From the NCBI RefSeq assembly GCF_026571515.1, contig NW_026865226.1, positions 1 to 64,000 on the forward strand: a stretch of 64,000 nt of DNA. The letters are read 5' to 3'. This stretch comes from Ruditapes philippinarum (lineage: Eukaryota). Made by a program: the position numbers and the translations under genes. The notes under the pieces were generated by a model. It ran no database searches. It worked only from the letters and a program-made list of their open reading frames with translations, and was not told the origin of the DNA. Positions 1 to 10,903 of the stretch are shown one piece after another (within the stretch, counting starts at the first letter, position 1; each line of letters starts with the position of its first letter).

Positions 1-266
1 GTATGGTTGACATGTTCAGATGCTGCTCTAATCCTTGAGCATTTGTTATAAGAAGTAATTTAAAGTTTTTGAACTTTTAGCCGTTGAATTTATTTAACAA
101 ATGCACTAAGTGCATTGCATGAATGTCTGATATTTGTTGCGCATGTGCAATATTCAAAAAATCGAGTCGCGAATCGACGAGAGGAAAGCATATGTACCGT
201 TTGTTATTAATCCATCAAATAGTCTTCGCATCGTAAGATTTAATAATTTAATATTTAATGCTACAG

Positions 267-440
267 GGACTTGCATTCCGAAGCAGAAACATTATATTCG
301 AAACTACAAAAAGCTTGCGACGATTTGATGGACGATTTTTCAGGAGCAACATCACCCCTGGAAGTGCAGGGAGCAGGTGCTCGCAAAAATGTTTCTCCAG
401 AAGAAAGACAATTATCAACTGCTATTGTTAATGCAGAAAA
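267..440 (+). CDS. Copy 1 internal exon (174 nt, phase 2-2)
   Basis: ctacag|G...AA|gtaaat; reads DLHSEAETLYSKLQKACDDLMDDFSGATSPLEVQGAGARKNVSPEERQLSTAIVNAE with no stop. Confidence 0.75.
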
Positions 441-975
441 GTAAATTGCATTTTTTTGCTATGCAACAGTAAATGTTTTTAACCTTTTTGTTATGTGTGT
501 GTTTGAATAAAGGTCTTTCAAATGTTGTTTTCTTATCATAATAATCTTAGTACATGTAGATATGTTGAAAGTATGATGACTATAATTAATTTCAGATGAA
601 TTTCATTCCATAGTTCACCTGGAAATATAATAAAAGCTGATTTTGAAGTCATCAGCATTTTAGGTAGAGACATGATTATCTACAGCTATATACGTAAACT
701 CCATATTTTGTGAAAATGACACCTAAAAAAGAATAAAGATCTAGATCACCATAGATCACTCTTATAAAAAAAACAAAATCTAATGAATTGAATTCTTAGA
801 GTTCTATGTTAACAACAAACTATATTCATTGGCTTTGAAATTTGGAGATATTTTCGCTCTATTCTGTCTTACATTCATGTATACTCTTTATGTCCGCTTT
901 TCACATTACATGATTCACGCTTCACGAAAAATAATAATGTTTTTATCATAATTCTCTTTCGGTTTTGTTTTTCAG

Positions 976-1005
976 ATTGATTAATAAGGTTTCAGCAACA
1001 CGGCG
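976..1005 (+). CDS. Copy 1 micro-exon (30 nt, phase 2-2)
   Basis: Poly-pyrimidine tttttcag|...cg|gtaag; reads LINKVSATR; positional counterpart at 55884-55910. Confidence 0.7.
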
Positions 1006-1139
1006 GTAAGCACGTTTAAATTGTATACAAACTCTTTTGATACTCCTTAAACGGATCGGAATAAACATAAGTTTGGTTTCACTGATTTGAGAGAGTTAAC
1101 TATTAATAAAAATACATATTTGTATTTTACCATTTTCAG

Positions 1140-1235
1140 CGGGATAAAGGGCATTTACAGAAAGGCAGAAAAACAAAAACAAGAACAACAAATGCAAGAT
1201 GCAGTGCAAAAGGTAGAACAACAATGGAAATCGAA
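1140..1235 (+). CDS. Copy 1 exon (96 nt, phase 2-2), helical Q/E/K-rich
   Basis: ttttcag|...aa|gtaat; reads GIKGIYRKAEKQKQEQQMQDAVQKVEQQWKS. Confidence 0.75.
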
Positions 1236-1554
1236 GTAATCTCAAAATTACTATAAGTGCTTTTTACATAAAAAATAATTAGTTACTCTAAATATTAATT
1301 GAACACATTTATAACTAGTTTATACTATAATAACGTAGATAATATGTATACATAAATGTACAGAAACTGACAGAACCTTCAAAATGAAAGAAACATATAT
1401 TTATTATCAAATTATGATAGAGGTCTTTTTAAGAAAGTATTACATAGTCCTTACTTTTTAGCACAAACACAGGATCAGGTTATTATCATGAATTTAATAA
1501 CATTTATTTCAGGCAAAAAGTTTTTGTGATTTGCGAAACATTTTTTTATTACAG

Positions 1555-1737
1555 GTTTATTGACGTTATAGACTGGCTAAATACGCTGCTGCAGCAAATT
1601 TCTGACAGCAAATATGACGATAAAGTTTTTCTTAAGTCGAAAACCCTAGAGGGAAGTCGCGAGGAATTAAATAAATGCCATAATATCATTGTGGATTGTT
1701 GTAGAAAGCTGAAAAATGAAAATGATAGTAAAATGAG
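1555..1737 (+). CDS. Copy 1 exon (183 nt, phase 2-2)
   Basis: ttattacag|...ag|gttaga; lies within ORF 1526..1804; FIDVIDWLNTLLQQISDSKYDDKVF...NDSKM. Confidence 0.8.
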
Positions 1738-2272
1738 GTTAGAGTATTATATGTGTAAGATTTATTATTTCAATTTACTTAAATCTGTATCCACTTTTCG
1801 CTAGTTATGAAATTCATTCTATCGAAAAACTGATATTATATCTCTTAGGATTGTACTGTACACATGTACATGTAAAAGTCATGTTAATTTTCATACAATG
1901 TACATATATTTAACATTCTTTTTATAAAAATGCATCATTGATCATAATTTGAATAATGTGCTTAAATAAGAAGGCTATGATGGCCCTTGGTTCGCTCACA
2001 TAAGACACATTTAAAGAAAATGTCAAAATTCTGCAATGCGGAAGTAATACTGCCGAAATAAGACTCTAAATTAGAAACTAACAAAGCTTTCTACAATGGT
2101 GCTACTGAAAGCCTGGTTTCGTGGCATTGCCATGTTTCTTGTTAATATAATATATTACACTACTTCATTTATGATACAGGTTGTAATGTACATCATGTTA
2201 AAATGAATTTGTGAATGTTATGCATTTTGATTTATTCTATAAACAATTATTATATCAATTTATATTTTCAAG

Positions 2273-2428
2273 TGCCAATAAAGAAATAACATTATTACTG
2301 AAAGAAATTAAAGAATGGAATGATGTCAAAACTATCAATGAAGCTAAAGAAGATTGTAAAGATACAGATGTAAAAGCATTTCGAGAAGGTCGTTTGCAGG
2401 TACATAAATGGAAAAAAGAGTTTAAAAG
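2273..2428 (+). CDS. Copy 1 exon (156 nt, phase 2-2), repeat unit A
   Basis: ttttcaag|...ag|gtaaaa; ANKEITLLLKEIKEWNDVKTI...HKWKKEFK. Confidence 0.8.
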
Positions 2429-3033
2429 GTAAAACAATTTACATTTTCCGTAGCAGTTGGTAATCAGCCACTAATAAATGCATATACGAGAATGTATAAG
2501 CCTCTTCAAATGTTTTAATCGGTTATTTACGCAATTAAAACAGCAAAGTATTGAGTGATTTAACTTAATTTTCTTACAGTAAAACTGCATTTTGTTTCAA
2601 ATAGCTTATGTAGCAGAAGCTTGTTAAGCCAATATAATGAGCATGTTTTCCATTTAATACTTTTTTACGATTATCTGAAGGGGTAACTTTTGCTTTAATA
2701 GTCATATTATTTGTGAGTCAATTAAGTTAGCAAAAAATGTTGACAATTATTATTATTATTATAGTTATTATTATTATTATTATTAAATTATTATATGGCA
2801 TGACCAAAAGTTATTTTTAAATTTATCATTTACAACATTATATTTAGAAAGACATGCAAGAACAACAGAACATATCGTAAAAAATGTAGCATAGATTCCT
2901 AATTAAGACGAACAAACATTTTTGTATATTTTTTGTTTCATTTTAACAAAAACAAACAAAGCGATAGTTTAAGCGATAGAGCAACAGTCACTGATAGTTT
3001 AATTGTCGATATGATTATCTATAATTTTAAAAG

Positions 3034-3171
3034 CGCAAAACAAGAAGTTGATTGTCTTACAAAGGAGCTAAAGTCATGGGTTGAAGTGAAAGCTATTGAC
3101 GGAGAAGTAGATTCTGACTGTGAATTAGCAAGATCGATTCGTTCAAATCGTTCCACAATTTTTGATAAAAA
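3034..3171 (+). CDS. Copy 1 exon, repeat unit B (138 nt; alternative ancestral donor at 3186)
   Basis: ttttaaaag|...aa|gtaaga; AKQEVDCLTKELKSWVEVKAI...; similar to the previous exon. Confidence 0.7.
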
Positions 3172-3894
3172 GTAAGAGCTTCAAAGGTAATTTATTTTTA
3201 TATCTCATTTACCCATAGAAAGATGCGTTCAGTTTTATTTGACCTTTTGCCAATTTGAATGTCAGGACTAGTTAAGCTGTCATGACCTATTCTAACACGC
3301 TTCACACTTTTCCGTTATCAAACAGATAGGGCAAGCAAGTTTATTATTAAACAATTTTTACACAGAATTAAATAAATTGATTACACGTCATTCATACGTC
3401 AGATATATAGTCAATAACCCTGATGACGTCAGAAAAATTAATTGTTCGCTTATGTAGTTCAACAAATTTTAACCAATTATCTTTTCACTAAGATGCTAGA
3501 ATGATAATACATATCAATCTTTCTTGTATTATAGTACAATAGTGCACGGTTTTCGTTCAGTTTCTTTGTAATTTATCCAGAATGCCGATATTCCGACGCA
3601 TTGGAACTGCGGCCGTGCATTATTCTACAACAATACTTTCAATTTCTTATTTTTATTTCCTAATTGCATACATATGATGTTCTTCATCTTTGTTAATTAA
3701 ATCATTGTGCTTGTGACAGTTGTGTTTTTTTTTAGCTGTTTCAAATATAATTATTATAATTCTTTGCTGTAAAAGGCATAATCCTTTGTGTTTAAATGAT
3801 CCCATGTAGTTAAAAAAGATAAGTATGTTGAAATATTGTGTGGGACCACATCAGCGAAATATAACCAATTTAGTGTTTAAACCACGTGATATTC

Positions 3895-4547
3895 TGTTAT
3901 GTATGCATCATATTACATGTATATAATTTATGTCTGACCGGTTGGTATCTCCAATATTATCATTGTTCAATTTTTAGAACATTAACTACATGTATGTACT
4001 AGAACTTTCTTAACTGTTGTAGAAAACTCATGCATTATATTTAGATAGAAATTTCCGGAATGATCTTTATTGTTGAAGTTGCTAGATTATGATATAACAT
4101 AATAGACTTCTCTGGAATGTTCCTAGTTTATATATATATTACGGGATATTTTTCATTTGGGGTACCTTTTAAAGTCATCAGTGATCTTTAAGTCATCAGT
4201 TACCTTTTTTAGTCATCAGTGATCTTTTAAGTCATCAATATATTTGGAGTATTATTTAACTTGGAAATTAAGTGATTTATTGGAGCTTGGATTATTAATT
4301 ATTCTTGTGGATTTTATTGTGGGAATTTATTCTAAAGTGTTCTTGGATTTAACTTGGATTTAACTGTGCTATTGAAAAAGGATCATTCCAGGATCAGACT
4401 AGACATTTGTAATTTTTATTTGGACTTCAGGTATTTGTAAAGATAATTTGTTATTTTATTTTTCTTTAATAATTTTTCTGTAATAAATTTGTTATTGTTA
4501 CAAGTTTGTTGCTGGCTTTTCTTTCTCGTTACGCCTGGCTCGTAACA
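3895..4547 (+). repeat. 5' LTR
   Basis: Direct repeat of 9684-10336 with about 5 substitutions by eye; TG...CA ends; (TA)n TATA-like tract near 4130; AATAAA at 4482-4487. Confidence 0.97.
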
Positions 4548-4552
4548 GAAAT

Positions 4553-4570
4553 TGGGGGCTCGTCCGGGAT
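4553..4570 (+). promoter_or_regulatory. Primer-binding site complementary to the 3' end of tRNA-Pro
   Basis: TGGGGGCTCGTCCGGGAT, the canonical 18-nt tRNA-Pro PBS, 5 nt downstream of the LTR. Confidence 0.95.
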
Positions 4571-4744
4571 TGAATATTTCTTTTTGGCTACATTATTGGA
4601 AATTATTACCGTTTATTATATAGTTTATTATTACCGTATTTACTCATCTGAGTTGATATCATAGTTGTTCTATTAAGTGTACCTTTCATTTTGAAATTTT
4701 TGAAACACATCACTTTCTGAGTTTAAAACCAGCAACAAGCAGTC

Positions 4745-7700
4745 ATGTCTTTTAATTTAGAAAAGTTTGTAGCTGAACCTTCCCAGGAGGTATTAGATTT
4801 GGCTAAGAAAACTGATTTGCTCGATCTTGCAAAAAAGTATAATTTATTAGAAATTAAATCTTCAATGCGTAAACAAGAAATTAAAAATCTTCTGATTCAT
4901 TATTTTGTGGATGAAGATATTTTTGGAGAAGATGCACTTTCTCACATTGTTGAAAAACACTCTGAAATTTCTGAAATTAAGATAAAAGAGCTTGAACTTC
5001 AATTTAAATTTGAACTAGAAAAAATGCAATTAGAAAAAGAAAGGGAAGAAAGACAGTTAGAAAAAGAAAGGGAAGAAAGGCAGTTACTGTTAGAAAAAGA
5101 CAGGGAAGAAAAAGAAAGGGAAAGGCAGTTTGAAAAAGAAAGGGAAGAGAGAAAATTAGAAAAAGAAAGAGAAGAGAGAGAATTTCAGTTAAGAATGAGA
5201 GAATTAGAAATCAAAGAGAGAGCAAATCAGTTTGAACATAGAATAAATTCAAAATTTGATGTAACTAAAAATATTAGGCTTGTTCCACCTTTCCAAGAAA
5301 AAGAAGTTGATAAGTATTTTCTTCATTTTGAAAAGGTTGCTGAAAATTTAAAATGGCCAAGAGAGCACTGGACGTTACTTTTACAGAGCGTCTTAATTGG
5401 TAAAGCTCGTGAAATCTATACAAAACTTACTGTTGAACAAAGCTCTAATTATGATAATGTAAAAGAATTAATTCTGAAAGGTTATGAGTTAGTACCAGAG
5501 GCCTACAGGCAAAAATTCAGAAATTCTAAGAAAGAAATTGGTCAAACCCATGTCGAATTTGCAAGAGAAAAAGAACAACTTTTTGATCGGTGGTGTCTAT
5601 CTAAGAAAATAAGTAAAAATCATGAAAAGCTCAGACAGCTCATGTTAGTTGAAGAGGAGTTTAAACGTTGTATTCACTCTGATGTTAAATCTTTCTTAGA
5701 TGAAAAACAGGTTGAACTTTTAGAAGAAGCTGCCCGTTTAGCTGATGATTATTCTTTAACCCACAAAGTTTCATTTATAAATAAAGGGAAGTCCACACCC
5801 TCACATTTTAATTCCAAGTTCAGTTCTGGTAATCTATCTGGTTCATCTAGTCAGTCAAATACTCCCAAACCAAAGTCATCTGATGAACATAAAGGTCATA
5901 GTCCCTTATCTCGTCCTACATGCAATTATTGCAAGAAAACTGGACATCTTATTTCTGATTGCTTTACCTTAAAAAGGAGGCAACAACAACGTGATGAGGC
6001 CAAACCCACAGGTCTTACCACTTCAAGGTCTGAACCTCAGTCTTGTATTGATAACAATGCAATTTTGAAGGTCAAAGAACCCAAATCTGATTCTATAATG
6101 GAGATTTATGAACCATTCCTTTCGGAAGGTTCCGTGTCACTTATCGGTGATACTTGCCCACCTACTCCTATTAAAATTTTAAGAGACACAGGAGCTTCTC
6201 AATCTCTTATTTTAGCAGATACACTGCCTTTTTCTGAGAAGACTTCTTCTGGATCTAGTGTCCTTATTCAGGGTGTAGAGTGTGGTTTTTCTAATGTCCC
6301 TCTCCATAATATTTATTTGTCCTCAGATTTGGTAACTGGGCCAGTGGCTGTAGGTATAAGATCTTTCTTACCCTTTAAAGGTGTTCATTTATTGCTAGGT
6401 AATGACTTAGCTGGAGATAAGGTAGTGGTTAATCCACTTGTAACTGACACTCCTTGTGTGGATCAGATACCTGACCCCATTGAGCAGGAAATTCCTGACC
6501 TTTACCCTTCATGTGCAGTTACTCGAGCTATGGCTAAGAAGGCCATTCAAGAAGACAATTTTTGTTCAGATATTGACTTAGCTGATACTTTTATAGGTCA
6601 GTCTTTTGATAATGAAATAAATTTTTCTCACACTCCTACTCTGCCTGAAACTCAGACAGATTTTTCAATATCTGACTTCTCTACTCCAAGATCACAGCTT
6701 ATCCAGGAACAACAAAATGATCCTGAGATTTCTGTCCTTTTTCAAAAGGCTTTTAGTGAAGATGAAGCTTTACAAGTCCCTGTTTGTTATTATGAAAAGA
6801 ATGGGATTTTAATGAGAAAATGGCGACCGCCCGATGTCCCTGCTGAAGAGGAGTGGACAGTTAATCACCAAATTGTGGTCCCTAAATCATATCGCCAGGA
6901 AATATTAAGCTTGGCTCATGAAACACCCATGGCAGGTCATTTAGGTGTTAATAAAACCTACCATAAAATTCTCAGTCATTTTTATTGGCCTGGCCTTAAA
7001 GCAGATGTATCTAGGTACTGTAAATCTTGTCATACTTGTCAGATGGTTGGAAAACCTAACCAGACAATACCTAAAGCTCATTTACAGCCTATTCCTGCAT
7101 TTGATGAACCTTTTAGTAGAGTTATTATTGACTGTGTAGGTCCATTACCAAAAACTAAATCAGGTTCTCAGTACTTATTAACTATTATGTGTGCTTCTAC
7201 GCGCTTCCCTGAAGCTATTCCTTTAAGGAATATTAAAGCAAAAACTATTGTCAAGGCTCTTGTGAAGTTTTTCACATTTGTTGGTTTACCTAAATCAGTA
7301 CAGTCTGATCAAGGGTCAAACTTTATGTCTGGTATTTTCCAGCAGGTCATGCACGAGTTAGGTATTACTCAATATAGGTCTTCAGCCTATCACCCTGAAA
7401 GTCAAGGTGCATTAGAAAGATTTCACCAGACTCTGAAAAATATGATAAGGTCATATTGTTTTGACACTGAAAAAGACTGGGACGAAGGCATCCATTTATT
7501 GTTATTTGCTGTAAGAGAATCTGTTCAGGAATCTCTTGGCTTCAGCCCTTTTGAATTAGTATTTGGTCACACTGTCCGAGGACCCTTAAAACTTCTAAAA
7601 GAGAAATTCCTGTCTGAAGATGACATATCTTTAAATTTGCTTCAGTATGTATCCGATTTTCGAAATAGGTTGACTAATGCATGTGAGTTAGCTAGGGTCA

Positions 7701-8278
7701 ATTTAAAATCAACACAAAGTAAAATGAAATTAAGGTATGATGAGAATGCTCCGGAAAGAAGTTTTAACCCTGGTGATAGAGTACTTGCTCTTTTACCTAT
7801 ACCTCGAAAACCATTGCAGGCAAGATACTTTGGCCCTTATACTATTGAAAAGAAAGTCAGTGACCTTAATTATATCATTAATACTCCTGGGAGGCGAAAG
7901 CAAAAACAAATGTGTCACATAAATATGTTAAAAGAATATTTTGACAGAGATAGCACAATTAGTAAACCTATATCTGTTGTAAACTCTGTTCCACAAAATC
8001 AATGTTCAGTTGAATCTAATAGTTATGAAAATTTTGAAAAGTCTGATCCTGGTTCAGCAAAGCTTGAAAACTCTGATATTCTGAAAAATCTGGATGAAAA
8101 ACTTGCTCACTTAGAACCGTCGAAACGAGATGAACTGAAACAGCTTATTTATGAATATGAACACTTATTTCCTGATATACCCACACGGACTGACAAAATA
8201 CATCATGACGTCATTCTTGAAAACTCTGAACCAATAAAACAACATCCATATAGAACAAATCCTGTAAAACAAACCTAA
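4745..8278 (+). CDS. Gag-protease-integrase polyprotein (1177 aa)
   Basis: EKEREER coiled coil, capsid/SCAN-like region, CCHC knuckle CNYCKKTGHLISDC, protease LRDTGASQS, integrase HHCC (AHETPMAGHLG...CHTC), DDE core (IIDCVG, SDQGSNF, LERFH), GPY motif. Confidence 0.95.
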   Translation: MSFNLEKFVAEPSQEVLDLAKKTDLLDLAKKYNLLEIKSSMRKQEIKNLLIHYFVDEDIFGEDALSHIVEKHSEISEIKIKELELQFKFELEKMQLEKEREERQLEKEREERQLLLEKDREEKERERQFEKEREERKLEKEREEREFQLRMRELEIKERANQFEHRINSKFDVTKNIRLVPPFQEKEVDKYFLHFEKVAENLKWPREHWTLLLQSVLIGKAREIYTKLTVEQSSNYDNVKELILKGYELVPEAYRQKFRNSKKEIGQTHVEFAREKEQLFDRWCLSKKISKNHEKLRQLMLVEEEFKRCIHSDVKSFLDEKQVELLEEAARLADDYSLTHKVSFINKGKSTPSHFNSKFSSGNLSGSSSQSNTPKPKSSDEHKGHSPLSRPTCNYCKKTGHLISDCFTLKRRQQQRDEAKPTGLTTSRSEPQSCIDNNAILKVKEPKSDSIMEIYEPFLSEGSVSLIGDTCPPTPIKILRDTGASQSLILADTLPFSEKTSSGSSVLIQGVECGFSNVPLHNIYLSSDLVTGPVAVGIRSFLPFKGVHLLLGNDLAGDKVVVNPLVTDTPCVDQIPDPIEQEIPDLYPSCAVTRAMAKKAIQEDNFCSDIDLADTFIGQSFDNEINFSHTPTLPETQTDFSISDFSTPRSQLIQEQQNDPEISVLFQKAFSEDEALQVPVCYYEKNGILMRKWRPPDVPAEEEWTVNHQIVVPKSYRQEILSLAHETPMAGHLGVNKTYHKILSHFYWPGLKADVSRYCKSCHTCQMVGKPNQTIPKAHLQPIPAFDEPFSRVIIDCVGPLPKTKSGSQYLLTIMCASTRFPEAIPLRNIKAKTIVKALVKFFTFVGLPKSVQSDQGSNFMSGIFQQVMHELGITQYRSSAYHPESQGALERFHQTLKNMIRSYCFDTEKDWDEGIHLLLFAVRESVQESLGFSPFELVFGHTVRGPLKLLKEKFLSEDDISLNLLQYVSDFRNRLTNACELARVNLKSTQSKMKLRYDENAPERSFNPGDRVLALLPIPRKPLQARYFGPYTIEKKVSDLNYIINTPGRRKQKQMCHINMLKEYFDRDSTISKPISVVNSVPQNQCSVESNSYENFEKSDPGSAKLENSDILKNLDEKLAHLEPSKRDELKQLIYEYEHLFPDIPTRTDKIHHDVILENSEPIKQHPYRTNPVKQT

Positions 8279-9486
8279 GACAAGAAGTTCAGTATTTATT
8301 GGATAATGACTTTATTGAGCCAAGTCAAAGCAGTTACAGCTCTCCATGTATTCTGGTACCAAAATCAAATGGAACGTATAGAATATGTACAGATTATCGT
8401 AAAGTGAACTCTGTAACAAAAACTGATTCATTTCCTATACCAAGAATTGATGACTGTATTGACAAAATTGGAAAAGCAAAGTATGTAACAAAGTTTGATC
8501 TTCTAAAAGGATTCTGGCAAGTTCCACTTACTGATAGAGCTAAAGAAATATCAGCCTTTGTAACACCAGACGGCTTATACATGTATCAATATAAAGTCAT
8601 GCCATTTGGTATGAAAAACTCACCAGCAACTTTTCAGAGACTTATAAACATGGTAATATCTGGTCTACACGGATGTGACGCATACATTGATGACGCAATC
8701 ATCTACTCTGATGAATGGGAGGAACATCTCAAAACTATAAGAGCATTCTTCGACTGACTTAGTGATGCTAAATTGACAGTTAATCTTGCAAAAAGTGAAT
8801 TTTGTCATGCAATTTTAACATTTTTAGGACATGTAGTGGGACAGGGTAAAGTTAAACCAATAGAAGCTAAGGTCAAAGCTATCTCTGAATTTCCTGTGCC
8901 TACTTGTAAAAGACAACTGATGCGATTTCTTGGTATGGCAGAGTATTATCGTAAATTTTGTAATAATTTTTCGGTTATTGCAGAACCATTGACAAATTTA
9001 CTGAAGAAAAGAAACAAATTCATTTGGAATGACAAGTGTCAAATGGCATTTAACAGCCTTAAAGCTATACTTAAGAGTGCACCAGTTCTCTTGGCACCAG
9101 ATTTTAACAAAAACTTTAAGTTAGCTGTAGATGCTAGTGACATAGGTGCTGGAAGTGTATTGATCCAAGAAGACAACAATGGTGTTGACCATCCTGTTTG
9201 TTACTTTTCTAAAAAGTTTAATGAACATCAGAAAAATTACTCTACTATAGAGGAAGAGTGCCTTGCTCTTATTCTTGCTATTCAGCATTTTGAAGTTTAT
9301 CTAACTTCTTCAAAGTTGCCTGTTGTTGTCTTTAGTGATCACAATCCCCTCACTTTCTTGCATAAACTTAAAAACAAAAATCAAAGGTTGTTGAGGTGGA
9401 GTTTGTTTTTGCAAGAATATAGTCTTGACATTAGACACATTAAAGGGAAAGATAATTTGATCCCTGATGCACTTTCACGTGTCTAA
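8275..9486 (+). pseudogene. Reverse transcriptase + RNase H, disrupted by a frameshift (~8272) and a TGA at 8755-8757
   Basis: CTDYRKVN, FDLLKGFWQ, MPFGMKNSPATFQ, YIDD; RNase H LAVDAS, YFSKK, SDHNPL, DALSR; the frame continues through RAFFD*LSDAKLTVN. Confidence 0.93.
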
Positions 9487-9671
9487 AACTGATATTATAT
9501 ATTATATATTATGATTGTTTAATTTTACTTTGTTGTTTGCTATTGTTTATAATACACATATATATGATTTTATGTATAATATTGTTTAACATTTCTCCTA
9601 CGTTATTTGTAAGTTACATTGTTTGGATTTATGTAAAAGAAATATTCATTTTATTCATATTTCTTTTTCTT

Positions 9672-9683
9672 GAAGAGGGGAAG
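9672..9683 (+). promoter_or_regulatory. Polypurine tract
   Basis: GAAGAGGGGAAG directly abutting the 3' LTR. Confidence 0.9.
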
Positions 9684-10336
9684 TGTTATGTATGCAACAT
9701 ATTACATGTATATAATTTATGTCTGACCGGTTGGTATTTCCAATATTATCATTGTTCTATTTTTAGAACATTAACTACATGTATGTACTAAAACTTTCTT
9801 AACTGTTGTAGAAAACTCATGCATTATATTTAGATAGAAATTTCCGGAATGATCTTTATTGTTGAAGTTGCTAGATTATGATATAACATAATAGACTTCT
9901 CTGGAATGTTCCTAGTTTATATATATATTACGGGATATTTTTCATTTGGGGTACCTTTTAAAGTCATCAGTGATCTTTAAGTAATCAGTTACCTTTTTTA
10001 GTCATCAGTGATCTTTTAAGTCATCAATATATTTGGAGTATTATTTAACTTGGAAATTAAGTGATTTATTGGAGCTTGGATTATTAATTATTCTTGTGGA
10101 TTTTATTGTGGGAATTTATTCTAAAGTGTTCTTGGATTTAACTTGGATTTAACTGTGCTATTGAAAAAGGATCATTCCAGGATCAGACTAGACATTTGTA
10201 ATTTTTATTTGGACTTCAGGTATTTGTAAAGATAATTTGTTATTTTATTTTTCTTTAATAATTTTTCTGTAATAAATTTGTTATTGTTACAAGTTTGTTG
10301 CTGGCTTTTCTTTCTCGTTACGCCTGGCTCGTAACA
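9684..10336 (+). repeat. 3' LTR
   Basis: Direct repeat of 3895-4547, followed by TSD ATTC. Confidence 0.97.
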
Positions 10337-10729
10337 ATTCCTATAAAAATCATGACTTTATCTAATTGTATTAATTTAGCTTCGTTTCTATTTTCAGAGT
10401 TCATAACATCCATATCAAATGCATATCGTATCTTATTTGCAGAAACCAAAATATCTATATCAAATGCATATCGTATTTCATATAGCCTCGTTTTCATTTT
10501 CAAAGTCCAGAATATATATCGCACGTGATGATGTAAAATAAAGAGCTCACTATACATGTGTATAGTTGAGAACAATACTGATTCTATAAGACTCGTCCAC
10601 GGCAGACTATGCTACCGCCTCTTCCAGTATAGGTCTGACGGCTGTGAACTCTTCCAATAGAATTCAGAATTGTACTTAATCATATATAACAACCTTTTGT
10701 ATTGCTTTTGCAAAATTTATGTTATTCAG

Positions 10730-10903
10730 TGAAAAAAAGAAGAAAGAAGACACAAGAAAACTTACAAAACCCCAAGAACAGGCGATAAAAAATATTTGGA
10801 CAATAATATATAAAGGCAAGAATATTTCAGGCAAAGTAGATATCTCAAATTGTTTGGATGAAATAAAGCTACACGTGTCGGTTACACGGGAAAACTTAGA
10901 TGA
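10730..10903 (+). CDS. Copy 1 exon (174 nt, phase 2-2)
   Basis: ttattcag|...ga|gtaagt; EKKKKEDTRKLTKPQEQAIKNIWTIIYKGKNISGKVDISNCLDEIKLHVSVTRENLD. Confidence 0.8.

Larger units (their letters stand above)
3895..10336 (+). mobile_element. Full-length Gmr1-like Ty3/gypsy LTR retrotransposon (gag-PR-INT-RT-RH), recent insertion in an intron of copy 1
   Basis: 653-bp LTRs TGTTATG...CGTAACA at 3895-4547 and 9684-10336; 4-bp TSD ATTC (3891-3894, 10337-10340); PBS, PPT and all pol motifs present, with integrase upstream of RT. Confidence 0.97.

Noticed and set aside
8260-8300. Programmed ribosomal frameshift between integrase and RT
   Set aside because: There is no canonical X XXY YYZ slippery heptamer, the break lies inside the conserved RT N-terminus (PYR..P), and the same copy also has a CGA>TGA-type stop. 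A simple indel is more likely.
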